Part shown: in pieces, positions 41,329-52,388 of the stretch
Layout: each line of letters begins with the position of its first letter
How positions within the stretch are numbered: the first letter of the stretch is position 1
Assembly (NCBI GenBank): GCA_963729605.1
Contig: CAVSNY010000004.1
Coordinates: 160,001-224,000 of the forward strand
Length of the DNA: 64,000 nt
From: an uncultured Gammaproteobacteria bacterium
GTDB taxonomy: Bacteria; Pseudomonadota; Gammaproteobacteria; DRLM01
Reading direction: 5' to 3'
Notes under the pieces: model-generated
The model's input: only the letters and a program-made list of their open reading frames with translations
What the model was told of the DNA's origin: nothing
The model's database searches: none
Made by a program: the position numbers and the translations under genes

Positions 41329-42744
41329 ATGTCAGTGGGGACGGTGATTGTAGTGGATGCCGATGCGCAACGCCGCGATGAGCTGCGCGCTATTCTGGCG
41401 TTTCTCGACTATAGCGACGTGCAGGTCACGGATTGCGATAACTGGCGGCAGACATTGGCCGCGGCGCAGCCGGCGCTGGCGGTTTTATTAGGGGAGTGTG
41501 GATCGACGGAGCAGGGCAGTGACGTGTTTCGATCCATGAAGGAGTCGAATATCCAAGCCCCGATCATCGCCTTGCGCTTGCCGAATCTAAGTTTGCCGGA
41601 GAACGTGGAAGCGGGGGCGCTCACCGTAGTCGAATGGCCGGTGAAATATCGCCAGCTCACCAATGCCCTGCAACAAGCCGAGGTGTACGTGGAAAGCCGC
41701 AGTGAGGCCTCGTCGCGGCGGTCGCCGGAATTGTTCCGCAGCTTGGTGGGTAACAGCCGCAGTGTCCGTAACGTCCGTAAGCTCATTGAGCAGGTCGCCA
41801 GCACCGATGCCACCGTCTTGATCCTGGGCGAATCGGGCACCGGCAAGGAAGTGGTGGCGCGTAATCTGCACTACCATTCGTCGCGCCGCAATAAACCCTT
41901 TGTCCCCATCAATTGCGGTGCCATCCCCGCCGAACTGCTGGAAAGCGAGTTGTTCGGTCATGAAAAAGGCGCCTTTACCGGTGCCCTTACCACACGCCAA
42001 GGCCGCTTCGAGTTGGCCGAGGGCGGCAGTCTGTTCCTCGATGAGATCGGCGATATGAGCCTGCACATGCAGGTCAAATTGCTGCGGGTACTTCAAGAAC
42101 GGGTGTTTGAACGGGTGGGCAGCAACAAGCCGATACAGGCCGATGTGCGGATTATCGCCGCGACGCATCACAAGCTTGAAGAGCAGATCGTCGCGGGCAA
42201 TTTTCGGGAGGATCTTTATTACCGGCTCAACGTCTTTCCTATCGAAATGCCGCCCTTGCGCGAGCGTAAAGAAGATGTGCCGCTTTTAATCACCGAACTC
42301 ATCACCCGCTTGGAGCATGAAAAGCGGGGCTCGGCGCGGCTCACGCCGCAAGCGGTGTTATCTCTTTGTGAATACCACTGGCCGGGCAATGTGCGAGAAC
42401 TGGCGAATTTGATGGAGCGTCTGGTCATCATGTTCCCGTTCGGTATCGTGGATGTTCAAGACTTGCCCGAGAAATTTCGCAACGGGACAGTGAGTGATTT
42501 TCCCCGCGAATTGGTCGCGGAGCTCGACATGAGCTACGACCCGCTGGCCGTGCCGCGTTTGCCGCGTGAAGGCATGGATCTCAAAGAACATATCAACAAT
42601 CTGGAATACAACCTGATCAAGCAGGCGTTGGAAGACGCGGACGGGGTCGTGGCCCATGCCGCCAACCGCCTCAAGCTGCGTCGTACCACCTTGGTGGAAA
42701 AAATGCGGAAATACGGTTTACAACGCAGCGATGAAGTGACGTAA
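41329..42744 (+). CDS. fleQ: Sigma54 enhancer-binding master regulator FleQ (FlrA)
   Basis: [33 protein letters not shown]-terminal [16 protein letters not shown]. Confidence 0.96.
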   Translation: MSVGTVIVVDADAQRRDELRAILAFLDYSDVQVTDCDNWRQTLAAAQPALAVLLGECGSTEQGSDVFRSMKESNIQAPIIALRLPNLSLPENVEAGALTVVEWPVKYRQLTNALQQAEVYVESRSEASSRRSPELFRSLVGNSRSVRNVRKLIEQVASTDATVLILGESGTGKEVVARNLHYHSSRRNKPFVPINCGAIPAELLESELFGHEKGAFTGALTTRQGRFELAEGGSLFLDEIGDMSLHMQVKLLRVLQERVFERVGSNKPIQADVRIIAATHHKLEEQIVAGNFREDLYYRLNVFPIEMPPLRERKEDVPLLITELITRLEHEKRGSARLTPQAVLSLCEYHWPGNVRELANLMERLVIMFPFGIVDVQDLPEKFRNGTVSDFPRELVAELDMSYDPLAVPRLPREGMDLKEHINNLEYNLIKQALEDADGVVAHAANRLKLRRTTLVEKMRKYGLQRSDEVT

Positions 42745-42804
42745 TTTTGTCGTTGTCCGCCATGCTGTTTTTTCATCCTATTGTTTTTAAAGGAATCGAC
42801 TCTT

Positions 42805-42820
42805 AGGCACGACTCTTGCC
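42805..42820 (+). promoter_or_regulatory. Sigma54 promoter of fleSR
   Basis: AGGCAC-GACTC-TTGCC. Confidence 0.75.
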
Positions 42821-42871
42821 TTTTACTGAGAGCGCGGGACTGTCCGCTATCCATTCATAGTAAAAGGCGAA

Positions 42872-44080
42872 ATGAGAGCGTGCATGATGCCGAAGTTAGC
42901 TAACCGCTCCCAGGATCTGGAAGACGCGTTTCACGTCTTCAGCCAGGTATCGGAACGACTGGCTGAATCGTACCGCTTACTCGAAGACCGTGTGGCGGTG
43001 CTCACCGAAGAATTGGCGGCCGCGCGGCATGAGCGTCTGCAGCAGCTCGCCGAGAAGGAACGTCTGGCCAACCGCCTGCAACTCCTTCTGGAAACCCTCC
43101 CCGGCGGCGTGGTCGTGCTGGACGGCCAGGGCCTCGTTCAAGAATGCAATCCCGTCGCCGTCTCCCTGCTGAGCGGCCCATTGCTCGGTGAGCACTGGCG
43201 CGAGGTGGCGGCGCGCGCCTTTGCCGCCGACGGGCAGGGGCCTTATCAGGCGACCCTCAAGGACGGCCGCCAACTGAGTATTTCAACGTGCGAATTGGCG
43301 GCCGAACCCGGCCGCATTCTGCTTTTTCAAGACGTCACCGAGACCCGCCAGCTGCAAGATTTATTGAGCCGCCATCAGCGCCTGTCGGCGATGGGCGAGA
43401 TGGTGGCGCGGCTCGCCCATCAGATTCGCACCCCGCTCTCGTCGGCCATGCTCTATGTTTCGATGTTGCACAAGGCGCCGGCCGGGCAGGCGGACGGGGT
43501 GCAATGCGCGGCGAAGGCCCTGTCGCGCCTGCGCGAGTTGGAACGCATGGTCAATGACATGCTGGTCTTCGCCCGCGGCGGCGAGTTCGCCGCGCAACCG
43601 ATCGCCTTGAGTGGTTTGCTCGATGACCTGCGGCAATCCCTGGAACTGCCGCTCCAGCAATCGCATGGTCGGCTCGAGATCATCGATCACGCCCCCGGCG
43701 CGACCATCGAAGGGGTGCGCGACGTGTTGCTGGGCGCCTTGTTGAATCTCACCACCAACGCCATTCAGGCCGCCGGCAGCGATGTGCGGCTGATCATCGA
43801 GACCCGCCGCGCGACGGACGGCGCTATCGAAGTGCGGGTCACCGACAATGGTCCGGGCATCCCGCCGGACTTGCACGACAAAATCTTCGAACCGTTTTTC
43901 ACGACCCGCAGCAGCGGCACCGGCCTGGGTTTGGCGGTGGTCCGCGCGGTCATGGAAGGGCATCGCGGCGCGGTGAGCCTGCAATCGGAAGAGGGCCGCG
44001 GCGCCAGTTTTATCTTGAAATTTCCCGCGCCGAATACCGAGCAGGCCCTCGCCAGCGGGCTGTGGTACGGCAACAAATAA
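42872..44080 (+). CDS. fleS: PAS sensor histidine kinase FleS (FlrB)
   Basis: EKERLANRL, PAS region, H-box LAHQIRTPL, DNGPG, GTGLGL. Start may be 42884/42887. Confidence 0.93.
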   Translation: MRACMMPKLANRSQDLEDAFHVFSQVSERLAESYRLLEDRVAVLTEELAAARHERLQQLAEKERLANRLQLLLETLPGGVVVLDGQGLVQECNPVAVSLLSGPLLGEHWREVAARAFAADGQGPYQATLKDGRQLSISTCELAAEPGRILLFQDVTETRQLQDLLSRHQRLSAMGEMVARLAHQIRTPLSSAMLYVSMLHKAPAGQADGVQCAAKALSRLRELERMVNDMLVFARGGEFAAQPIALSGLLDDLRQSLELPLQQSHGRLEIIDHAPGATIEGVRDVLLGALLNLTTNAIQAAGSDVRLIIETRRATDGAIEVRVTDNGPGIPPDLHDKIFEPFFTTRSSGTGLGLAVVRAVMEGHRGAVSLQSEEGRGASFILKFPAPNTEQALASGLWYGNK

Positions 44081-44143
44081 CCGGACTTAAATTTAATCGG
44101 GGCGATCGATATGTACGCAGAACGAGCAACCGCAGGAGCCATT

Positions 44144-45517
44144 ATGAATCAAGCGAGAGTCTTGGTCGTTGAAGATGACAATTCGCTACGGGAGGCGTTA
44201 TCGGACACCTTGCAGCTCGCCGGCTATACGGTTGCCAGCGCCGCGGATGGGAGCGCCGCCTTGGACATTCTTGCGCGTAACGAGATGGACCTGGTGGTGA
44301 GCGATGTCCAGATGAAACCGATGGACGGGCACACCCTCCTTAAGAACATCAAGAAAAACCACCCGGCACTGCCGGTGGTGTTGATCACCGCGTACGGCAC
44401 CATTCAAAAGGCGGTGTCGGCCATGCACGACGGGGCGGCGGATTATTTGGTGAAACCGTTCGAGGCCGACGTGCTGGTCAATCTGGTGGAGCGCTACGCC
44501 TCGCCCACGCCGCAGGAGACCGCCGGCTTGATCGCGGAGGATATCAAGACCCGGCAACTGGTCGAACTTGCCAAACGCGTGGCCGAGACCGACGTCACGG
44601 TGATGCTCAGCGGTGAAAGCGGCACCGGTAAAGAAGTGTTCGCCCGTTATCTCCACAGCCAGTCCAAACGGGCGCAAGGGCCGTTCGTCGCGATCAATTG
44701 CGCGGCCATCCCGGAGAATATGCTCGAAGCGGTTTTGTTCGGCTTCGAGAAAGGCGCCTTTACCGGCGCCTATCAGGCCACCCCCGGCAAATTCGAGCAG
44801 GCCAACGGCGGCACCTTGTTGCTCGATGAAATCTCCGAAATGGATCTCGGCCTGCAAGCGAAATTGCTGCGGGTCTTGCAGGAAAGGGAAGTGGAACGGC
44901 TGGGCGGCCGCAAGACCATTCCCCTCGACGTGCGGGTGTTGGCGACCTCCAATCGCGTGATGCGCGACGAGGTGAAGGCCGGCCGCTTCCGGGAAGATCT
45001 TTATTACCGCCTGCATGTGTTTCCGCTGCATATCCATCCGTTGCGGGAACGCATGGCCGATGTGCTGCCGCTGGTGCGTTTTTTTCTGCAGCGTTATGCC
45101 GGGCAGGGTGTCCCGCCCACTTTGACGCCGTCCGCCGAGGCGCGTCTGCTGTCGCACTGCTGGCCGGGCAATGTGCGGGAACTGGATAACGTCATTCAGC
45201 GCGCGATCATCATGCGGCAAGGCCATTCGATCTGCGCCGATGATCTGCATTTCGAAGACACGACCCCCGACCGGCCCATGCCGGTCGAGGTCGCCGCGGC
45301 GCCCGCGGCGCCGCAAGCGGACGCCGGTGAATTGAGCGACGGCATGAAACGCAATGAACATCGGTTGATCATTGACGCCTTGCGCCTGACCAAAGGCAGC
45401 CGCAAATCGGCGGCGGAGAAACTGGGCATCAGCCAGCGCACCCTGCGCTACAAGCTGGCGCGGATGCGCGAACAAGGCGTCGATATTCCCGACGGCTATA
45501 GCGTCAAGTTCGGTTAA
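44144..45517 (+). CDS. fleR: Sigma54-dependent response regulator FleR (FlrC)
   Basis: REC (VEDD, SDVQM), [26 protein letters not shown]; AGGAG RBS before ATG 44144. Confidence 0.95.
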   Translation: MNQARVLVVEDDNSLREALSDTLQLAGYTVASAADGSAALDILARNEMDLVVSDVQMKPMDGHTLLKNIKKNHPALPVVLITAYGTIQKAVSAMHDGAADYLVKPFEADVLVNLVERYASPTPQETAGLIAEDIKTRQLVELAKRVAETDVTVMLSGESGTGKEVFARYLHSQSKRAQGPFVAINCAAIPENMLEAVLFGFEKGAFTGAYQATPGKFEQANGGTLLLDEISEMDLGLQAKLLRVLQEREVERLGGRKTIPLDVRVLATSNRVMRDEVKAGRFREDLYYRLHVFPLHIHPLRERMADVLPLVRFFLQRYAGQGVPPTLTPSAEARLLSHCWPGNVRELDNVIQRAIIMRQGHSICADDLHFEDTTPDRPMPVEVAAAPAAPQADAGELSDGMKRNEHRLIIDALRLTKGSRKSAAEKLGISQRTLRYKLARMREQGVDIPDGYSVKFG

Positions 45518-45543
45518 GCGGCCGCAAGGAACACGGAGAATTT

Positions 45544-45864
45544 ATGAGCGACATCGATATCAACCAGGTTTTAACCCAGCTGCGGTCCATGGCGTCGGTG
45601 GCGCAGGGCCAGTCCGCCGCCGGTCCCGCCGCCGCGGAAGGCGGTGATTTTTCCAACATGCTGAAATCGGCCATCGACAAGGTCAGCGAGACCCAGCAAC
45701 AGGCCGGTGAGTTGGCCACCTCGTTTGAGAAAGGCGATGGGCAAGTGGATTTGACCGAAGTGATGGTCGCCTTGCAGAAGGCCAAGATTTCTTTTCAAGC
45801 GATGGTCGAGGTAAGGAATAAGTTGGTGAGTGCTTATCAAGATGTGATGAACATGCCGATCTAA
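45544..45864 (+). CDS. fliE: Basal-body protein FliE
   Basis: VRNKLVSAYQDVMNMPI. Confidence 0.96.
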   Translation: MSDIDINQVLTQLRSMASVAQGQSAAGPAAAEGGDFSNMLKSAIDKVSETQQQAGELATSFEKGDGQVDLTEVMVALQKAKISFQAMVEVRNKLVSAYQDVMNMPI

Positions 45865-45921
45865 AAATCGTCGTGAAAATTATTCTATCGATGTCATCAA
45901 TAAAATGGGTGTTTAGCTGAA

Positions 45922-47544
45922 ATGGCGGACGAAAAAGCGAAAAAATCGGGTTCGGCGGTGGATGGTCTGGGTCAACTCCCGGTGTTTCGTCAAATCGGCG
46001 TCATGCTGGGCCTGGCCGCCAGTGTCGCCTTGGGCGTGATGGTGGTGTTGTGGTCGCAGCAGCCGAGTTATCGGATGTTGTACAGCGGGCTGACCGATCA
46101 GGACACCCTGGCGATCACCAATGCGCTGGACAGTAAAGGCATCCCTCATCAATTGAGCGCCGGCACCGGGACCGTGATGGTGCCCGCCGACCGGGTGCAC
46201 GAGGCACGCTTGCAATTGGCCGGTTCCGGTCTGCCCAAGGGCTCGGCCACCGGTTTTGAATTGCTCGATAAGGAGCAAGGCCTGGGCGTGAGCCAGTTCA
46301 TGGAGAACGCCCAATATCAACGCGCCTTGGAAGGCGAACTGGCCAGGACCATCGGCAGCATCAGCGGGGTGCAAACCGCCCGCGTGCATTTGGCGGTGCC
46401 GAAACAATCTTCGTTCGTGCGCGAGCGCGATAAAAAATTTCCCTCCGCCTCGGTGATGCTCAATGTGATGAGCGGCCGGCAACTCGATGCCGGACAGGTG
46501 GGGGCGATCGTGCATTTGGTCGCGTCGAGCGTGCCGAATCTCTCGCCCGACAGCATCACGGTGGTGGATCAATCCGGCAAGCTGCTGACCGGCGCCCAGT
46601 CGTCGAGTCAAATGCGCCTTACCGCCAATCAGTTCGATTACCGCCGGCAGCTGGAAGAGTATTACATCAATCGCATCGAAGATATTTTGACGCCGATTTT
46701 GGGGACGGAAGGCGTGCGCGCGCAGGTCTCCGCCGACGTGGATTTCAGCGTCATCGAACAGACTCAGGAGAGTTTCAATCCCGATCTGCCTGCGATCAGA
46801 AGCGAACAGACCTCCGAGGATTTGTCGCGTGGCGCGGGCGGTCTCGGCGGGGTGCCGGGCGCGTTGACCAATCAACCGCCGGTCACCGGCGCGCAGGCCG
46901 CCAATCCGGATACCGCCGCCGGACCGCAGAGCAGCACCAAACGGGTGACGCGCAATTATGAATTGGATAAAACCATCAGTCATACCCAGTTTCCCACCGG
47001 CAACGTGCGCCGGCTCTCCATCGCGGTGGTGGTGGACGACCGGCAAACCCCGGATGCCGAGGGCAATACCCAGCGTACGCCGCGCACCGAAGACGAGATC
47101 AACCGCATCACCGCCCTGGCCAAGGAGGCAGTGGGCTTCAACCCGCAGCGCGGCGATAGCCTGAACGTGATCAACGCCTCGTTCACCGGAGCCCCCAAGA
47201 TCGATCCCCTGCCCGAGCCTGCCCTGTTGGACCAGCCCTGGGTGTGGGACGTGGGCAAACAGGTCTTGGCCGGTATCGGCGTGCTGATATTGATCTTCGG
47301 CGTCTTGAAGCCGCTGTTCCGCAACCTGGTCGAGAAGGCGCCCGCGCCGGTGTACGCGGCCGCCGCGGCCGGCGGCCAGTTGTCCGCGCCGGAGATGAAT
47401 CAACAACGTTTGCAGTCGCCGCCGCCGCCGTTACTGGACAATAAAGCCTACGAGCAAAAACTGGGCATGGCGCAAGGCCTGGCCAAGGAAGATCCGAAAC
47501 GGGTGGCGCAAGTGGTGAAGACCTGGGTGGCGAGCGATGGCTGA
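45922..47544 (+). CDS. fliF: MS-ring protein FliF
   Basis: GFELLD, RALEGELARTI, ARVHLA, RNYELDK, DPKRVAQVVKTW. Confidence 0.97.
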   Translation: MADEKAKKSGSAVDGLGQLPVFRQIGVMLGLAASVALGVMVVLWSQQPSYRMLYSGLTDQDTLAITNALDSKGIPHQLSAGTGTVMVPADRVHEARLQLAGSGLPKGSATGFELLDKEQGLGVSQFMENAQYQRALEGELARTIGSISGVQTARVHLAVPKQSSFVRERDKKFPSASVMLNVMSGRQLDAGQVGAIVHLVASSVPNLSPDSITVVDQSGKLLTGAQSSSQMRLTANQFDYRRQLEEYYINRIEDILTPILGTEGVRAQVSADVDFSVIEQTQESFNPDLPAIRSEQTSEDLSRGAGGLGGVPGALTNQPPVTGAQAANPDTAAGPQSSTKRVTRNYELDKTISHTQFPTGNVRRLSIAVVVDDRQTPDAEGNTQRTPRTEDEINRITALAKEAVGFNPQRGDSLNVINASFTGAPKIDPLPEPALLDQPWVWDVGKQVLAGIGVLILIFGVLKPLFRNLVEKAPAPVYAAAAAGGQLSAPEMNQQRLQSPPPPLLDNKAYEQKLGMAQGLAKEDPKRVAQVVKTWVASDG

Positions 47545-48541
47545 AGCAGTAGGTAAAGGCGTGGAGAAGGCCGCCATTTTTTTAATGGCGATCGGCGAGG
47601 CGGCGGCCTCCGAAATTCTCAAACTCATGACGCCCAAAGAGGTGCAGAAGGTCGGCATGGCGATGGCCACCCTGACCAACATCACGACCTCGCAAGTGCA
47701 GGAGGTGGTGGGTGACTTCGTGCAGACGGTCGACGGCCAGACCTCGCTGGGCGTCGGCAACGAGGATTACGTCCGCAGCGTCCTCAAGTCGGCGCTGGGC
47801 GACGACAAGGCGGGAAATTTAATCGACCGCATCATCACCGGTACGACCTCCAAGGGCTTGGAGGCGCTGAAATGGATGGACCCGCGGGCGGTGGCCGAGG
47901 TGATCCGGCTCGAACACCCGCAGATCATTTCCATCGTCCTGGCCTATTTGGACAGCGATCACGCCGCGCAAGTCCTGTCTTTATTGCCGGACCGCTTGCG
48001 TTCCGACGTGTTGATGCGGATCGCCAGCTTGGACGGGGTGCATCCGACCGCGCTGCGGGAGTTGGACGAAATCCTGGAAAGGCAGTTTTCCGGCAACAAC
48101 AATGTGAAGTCCTCCTCGGTGGGCGGCACCAAAACCGCGGCGAACATCCTCAATTTTCTGGAGGCGTCCAAGGGGGGGCAGATCATGGACAGCATCAAGG
48201 AGACGGATGCCGAGCTGGCGCAGTCCATCGAAGATCTCATGTTCGTCTTCGACAATCTCAAGGAGCTGGACGACCGGGGCATTCAAGCCCTGCTGCGCGA
48301 GGTGGCGTCCGATTCGCTGATACTGGCGCTCAAAGGTTCCGATGAAATAATGAAAGAAAAGGTATTCAAAAATATGTCCAAGCGCGCGGCGGAGATGCTG
48401 AAGGAGGATTTGGAGGCGAAAGGGCCGGTGCGCTTGAGCGAGGTGGAGACGGCGCAGAAGGAAATCCTCGCCATCGCCCGCCGCATGGCCGAGGCCGGCG
48501 AAATCAACCTGGGCGGCCAAGGCGGCGAGGAGTATGTCTAA
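47537..48541 (+). CDS. fliG: Motor switch protein FliG
   Basis: EHPQ, MFVFDNL, NMSKRAA, GPVRLSEVE. Confidence 0.97.
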   Translation: MAEAVGKGVEKAAIFLMAIGEAAASEILKLMTPKEVQKVGMAMATLTNITTSQVQEVVGDFVQTVDGQTSLGVGNEDYVRSVLKSALGDDKAGNLIDRIITGTTSKGLEALKWMDPRAVAEVIRLEHPQIISIVLAYLDSDHAAQVLSLLPDRLRSDVLMRIASLDGVHPTALRELDEILERQFSGNNNVKSSSVGGTKTAANILNFLEASKGGQIMDSIKETDAELAQSIEDLMFVFDNLKELDDRGIQALLREVASDSLILALKGSDEIMKEKVFKNMSKRAAEMLKEDLEAKGPVRLSEVETAQKEILAIARRMAEAGEINLGGQGGEEYV

Positions 48542-49166
48542 AGTCATCCCGGGCGAGACGCTGTCCGATTATCAGAAGTGGAGCCTGCCGGAGGTATCGT
48601 CCAGCAAGGGCAATAATTCGCATGACGGCGGCCAGCGTTTCATGCGCGCCGATCAGATCGAGAAAATCCAGCAGCAGGCCTATGAAGAGGCCTATGCCCG
48701 CGGTTACAAGGAAGGCGTGGCCGCGGGCCAGGAAAAAATCAAGACGCAGGTCCAGCGGCTGACGCAAGTCATCGGCAAGCTGAATACACCCTTGGCGGAT
48801 TTGGACGAGGCGGTTGAAAAGGAATTGCTGGCGTTTATTTTGACCATTTGCCGCTTCGTCATCCGCCGCGAACTGTCGATCAATCCCGGCCAGATCGTGG
48901 CCGTCGTGAAAGAGGCCTTGGGTGTGTTGCCGGTGTCGTGCCGCAACATCCGCGTGTTTTTGCATCCGGAGGACGCGACCTTGATCCGCAAGCTGATGCC
49001 GCAAGAGGACGAAGAAAGGACTTGGAAAGTGGTCGAGGACCCCAGCATGGCCAAAGGCGATTGCCGGGTGATCTCCGACACCTCGCAGATCGACGCGACG
49101 TTGGAGAAACGCATCGGCGCCATCGCGGCCGGCCTGTTGGGCGGCGATCGGGACTCCGATGCCTAG
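48534..49166 (+). CDS. fliH: Export protein FliH
   Basis: W-x-LP N-terminus, AxxxG repeats, LHPED, GDCRV…IDAT. Confidence 0.94.
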   Translation: MSKVIPGETLSDYQKWSLPEVSSSKGNNSHDGGQRFMRADQIEKIQQQAYEEAYARGYKEGVAAGQEKIKTQVQRLTQVIGKLNTPLADLDEAVEKELLAFILTICRFVIRRELSINPGQIVAVVKEALGVLPVSCRNIRVFLHPEDATLIRKLMPQEDEERTWKVVEDPSMAKGDCRVISDTSQIDATLEKRIGAIAAGLLGGDRDSDA

Positions 49167-50514
49167 TCCGGCGGACCGCGCGGGCAACACGCCGTGGCTG
49201 GCGCGTTTGAAGGAAAAGCGCGAGCGGTTCGATGTGCCCGCGCCTTTGGTGATCGAAGGGCGAGTCACCCGCATGGTGGGTTTGACCTTGGAAGCGGTGG
49301 GTTGTCCCGCCGCGGTGGGTGAGCGCTGCCTGGTGGTACCCGCTCAAGGCGAGGTGATCGAAGCCGAGGTGGTGGGCTTCGCCGACGACATCACCTATTT
49401 GATGCCGTCCAGCTCGGTGCTGGGACTCACCCCCGGCGCGCGGGTGGTGCCGACCGGCATGATGTGCGATGCGCCGGTGGGGCCGGGTTTGCTCGGCCGG
49501 GTGGTGGACGGCCGCGGCCGGCCCTTGGACGGCAAGGGTGAAATCGAATACGCGGCGCGCGTGCCGCTGGCCGGCAAACCGGTCAATCCCCTCAGCCGCC
49601 AGCCGATCAAGCGGCCCTTGGACGTGGGCATCCGCGCCATCAACAGCCTCATCACTGTCGGCAAGGGCCAGCGGGTCGGATTGTTCGCCGGCAGCGGCGT
49701 GGGCAAGAGCGTGTTGCTGGGCATGATGACGCGCTTCACCGACGCGGACGTGGTGGTGGTGGGCCTGATCGGCGAACGCGGCCGCGAAGTAAAAGAATTC
49801 ATCGAAGATATTTTGGGTAAAGAGGGCATGGCGCGCGCGGTGGTGGTGGCGACGCCGGCGGACAGCCCGCCGCTGATGCGTCTGCACGGCGCGATGCTGA
49901 CCATGAGCATCGCCGAATATTTTCGCGACGCCGGCAAACATGTCCTGCTGCTCATGGATTCCCTGACCCGCTACGCGCAGGCTCAGCGCGAAATCGGACT
50001 CGCCATCGGCGAACCGCCCACCAGCAAAGGTTATCCGCCTTCGGTGTTCGCCAAGCTGCCCCAATTGGTGGAGCGGGCGGGCAACGGCGGCGAGGGTAAC
50101 GGGACGGTGACGGCGTTTTTCACGGTGCTGACCGAGGGCGATGATCAACAAGACCCGGTGGCCGACGCGTCGCGGGCGATCTTGGACGGCCATGTGGTGT
50201 TGTCGCGCCAGTTGAGCGAGGCCGGCCATTATCCCGCCATCGATATCGAGGCGTCGGTGAGCCGCCTGATGGTGGCGGTGGCCGATGAGCCCCATCGCAA
50301 GACCGCCCGCCAGTTTAGAAAACTGAATTCGCTGTATCTGCAAAACCGCGATCTGATCAGCGTCGGCGCCTATGCCCGCGGCGGCGATGCCCTGCTCGAC
50401 AAGGCCATCGAACAACGCGGCCGGATGATGGATTTCCTGCAGCAGAATATTCACGAGCCGGTCTCTCTGACGGAGAGCGTGCGCGAACTCAAACAGTTGA
50501 TCGGCCCGTTATGA
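49159..50514 (+). CDS. fliI: Flagellar export ATPase FliI
   Basis: GLFAGSGVGKS, GERGREV, DSLTRYAQAQREI, GHYPAID. Confidence 0.97.
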   Translation: MPSPADRAGNTPWLARLKEKRERFDVPAPLVIEGRVTRMVGLTLEAVGCPAAVGERCLVVPAQGEVIEAEVVGFADDITYLMPSSSVLGLTPGARVVPTGMMCDAPVGPGLLGRVVDGRGRPLDGKGEIEYAARVPLAGKPVNPLSRQPIKRPLDVGIRAINSLITVGKGQRVGLFAGSGVGKSVLLGMMTRFTDADVVVVGLIGERGREVKEFIEDILGKEGMARAVVVATPADSPPLMRLHGAMLTMSIAEYFRDAGKHVLLLMDSLTRYAQAQREIGLAIGEPPTSKGYPPSVFAKLPQLVERAGNGGEGNGTVTAFFTVLTEGDDQQDPVADASRAILDGHVVLSRQLSEAGHYPAIDIEASVSRLMVAVADEPHRKTARQFRKLNSLYLQNRDLISVGAYARGGDALLDKAIEQRGRMMDFLQQNIHEPVSLTESVRELKQLIGPL

Positions 50515-50527
50515 GTGAAGACCCGCG

Positions 50528-50980
50528 ATGGCGCTGAAATCCTCCGGCTTGCTGACGGTGAAGAAGTTGGCCTTGAACGCCGAACGCAAGGAGGCCGCGC
50601 GTTTGGCGGAGAGCATGCGGCGGGCCGAGGAAAAAAAGGCCAAACTCGATGAGCTGCAAATGTATCTCAAGGAATATACCGATACCTTGCTGACCTTGGG
50701 CGGGCAGGGCCTGCCGGTCATGGAATTGCGGCGCCGCCGTGACTTCATGGCGCAGATCAACACGGTGCTTATTCAGCAGCGAACCGCGGTGGATGCCGCG
50801 CAGCGCATGGTGGAGGAGTGCCGCAAACGCTGGCTGCAGGCAAAACGTAAGGCGGACGGCATCTCCGATTTGATCGTGAGAAAAGAACAGGCATTGAGCC
50901 GCATAGAAGATAAGCGGGTACAGGGACTGGCCGACGATTTATCGGCGCAACGCTGGGGTCGTAACAAACCCAGCGGTTGA
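50528..50980 (+). CDS. fliJ: Export chaperone FliJ
   Basis: 150-aa coiled coil directly after fliI with YLKEY and W…KR…DD pattern. Confidence 0.88.
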   Translation: MALKSSGLLTVKKLALNAERKEAARLAESMRRAEEKKAKLDELQMYLKEYTDTLLTLGGQGLPVMELRRRRDFMAQINTVLIQQRTAVDAAQRMVEECRKRWLQAKRKADGISDLIVRKEQALSRIEDKRVQGLADDLSAQRWGRNKPSG

Positions 50981-51009
50981 TTCGCGGGTGTCGATAACGG
51001 TCTGAGCGC

Positions 51010-51025
51010 TGGCATCTGTCTTGCT
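51010..51025 (+). promoter_or_regulatory. Sigma54 promoter of fliK
   Basis: TGGCAT-CTGTC-TTGCT. Confidence 0.75.
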
Positions 51026-51072
51026 TAGTAAGGCTGTATCCTCGAAACCGAGGAATAGGAGAGCCCAAGTTT

Positions 51073-52200
51073 ATGATGACCAGCGTATCAACCCTGCCGG
51101 CGGCAAGTCCGCCCGAGGGTCCCGCGCCGGCCGGCACAGGTACCCTGCCGGCTGATAAAAAATCCGCTAGCTTCCAATCGATTATGGGTGATGTGCTCAA
51201 TGCCGAGCCCGTTTCGGATGAAGGGGAAGGCGGCATGATGGAGTTGCCGGTGTTGAACGTGGACCCGGCAATCGTAACGCCGGAGGGCGGCATACCTTTG
51301 CCGCTGCAGCCGCTAGTTACGCCGCCAGCCATTGCCGGGGCCGCGGGCGAGCAACCGCAGCAGATGATGCCCCAACTCCAACTGGCGTTGATGGAATCGG
51401 AAGAGGCGGCGCCGTTGACCAAGGGTCATGACGGCGGTTTGTTGAACCTGCTGCAGCGGGCGCTGAATAAACCCGCACCGGCGCCGGTGATGACGGCCCC
51501 GGTACTCCAGGGCGACGCGGCGTCTTTACAAACCGCCGCGTCGGCCGCGCTGCCGGCGCTTAGTCCCCCGCCGGTGTATGAGGCAGCCGTAAAATCCAGC
51601 ACGGCCGATGTGTTTCAAACGCAATTGCAGTCGCTGTCTACCCCCGGTTTGATTTCAAGCGCGGCTCATGAATTCACCTATCAGCCCGCCGGTGTCGGCT
51701 TGACGTCGCCGCTGTCGGCGGGCCAGTCCGCCGTGCCGGCGCTGCCCGGCATCCCCGCGCCTTTGCCCATCGCGACGCCGATACAGCAGCCGCAATGGGG
51801 CGCCGACCTGGGGAATCGGGTCATGTGGATGGTTAAACAGGATGTGCAAACCGCGGACATCAAACTCAACCCGCCGCATCTGGGTCCTTTGGAAGTCCGG
51901 GTATCCATGGCCAATGACGCTGTCAGCGTCACCTTTAGTTCGCATCATGCCACGGTAAGGGACGCGCTCGACGCCGCCATGCCGCGTTTGCGCGATATGC
52001 TCATGGATAACGGTTTGCAGCTCGCCAACGCCAACGTGTCGAAACCGTTTTCCGAACACCAGAACCCCGGTCAAGGTCAGCAACAAAACACCGGTTTCGG
52101 CGATTATCAATCCTCGGGCGAGTTTGACGGCGACGCCCGCGAGGGCGAGGCCGTGAACGCCGCGCTGGTCAGGCTCGGTCTGGTGGATTATTACGCGTGA
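51073..52200 (+). CDS. fliK: Hook-length control protein FliK
   Basis: Pro/Ala-rich N-terminus; ADIKLNPPHLGPLEVRV…LDAAMPRLRDML; VDYYA end. Confidence 0.94.
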   Translation: MMTSVSTLPAASPPEGPAPAGTGTLPADKKSASFQSIMGDVLNAEPVSDEGEGGMMELPVLNVDPAIVTPEGGIPLPLQPLVTPPAIAGAAGEQPQQMMPQLQLALMESEEAAPLTKGHDGGLLNLLQRALNKPAPAPVMTAPVLQGDAASLQTAASAALPALSPPPVYEAAVKSSTADVFQTQLQSLSTPGLISSAAHEFTYQPAGVGLTSPLSAGQSAVPALPGIPAPLPIATPIQQPQWGADLGNRVMWMVKQDVQTADIKLNPPHLGPLEVRVSMANDAVSVTFSSHHATVRDALDAAMPRLRDMLMDNGLQLANANVSKPFSEHQNPGQGQQQNTGFGDYQSSGEFDGDAREGEAVNAALVRLGLVDYYA

Positions 52201-52388
52201 CCTTCGCGTGAAGCCGCCCGGCTGAGGGGTGCAAGCCTACTTGGCCGGGCGCGTGAGATTTGTTTTCGTCCGGTATCGTCCCGCATGCCGACATAATCCT
52301 GCCGGGGATCATCATTCCCCTCCGTCAAAAGCCCGCCGCTTGAATCGCTTTGTTATGTAAGCCTTTGTTTTTAATAATTGTTAATTGC

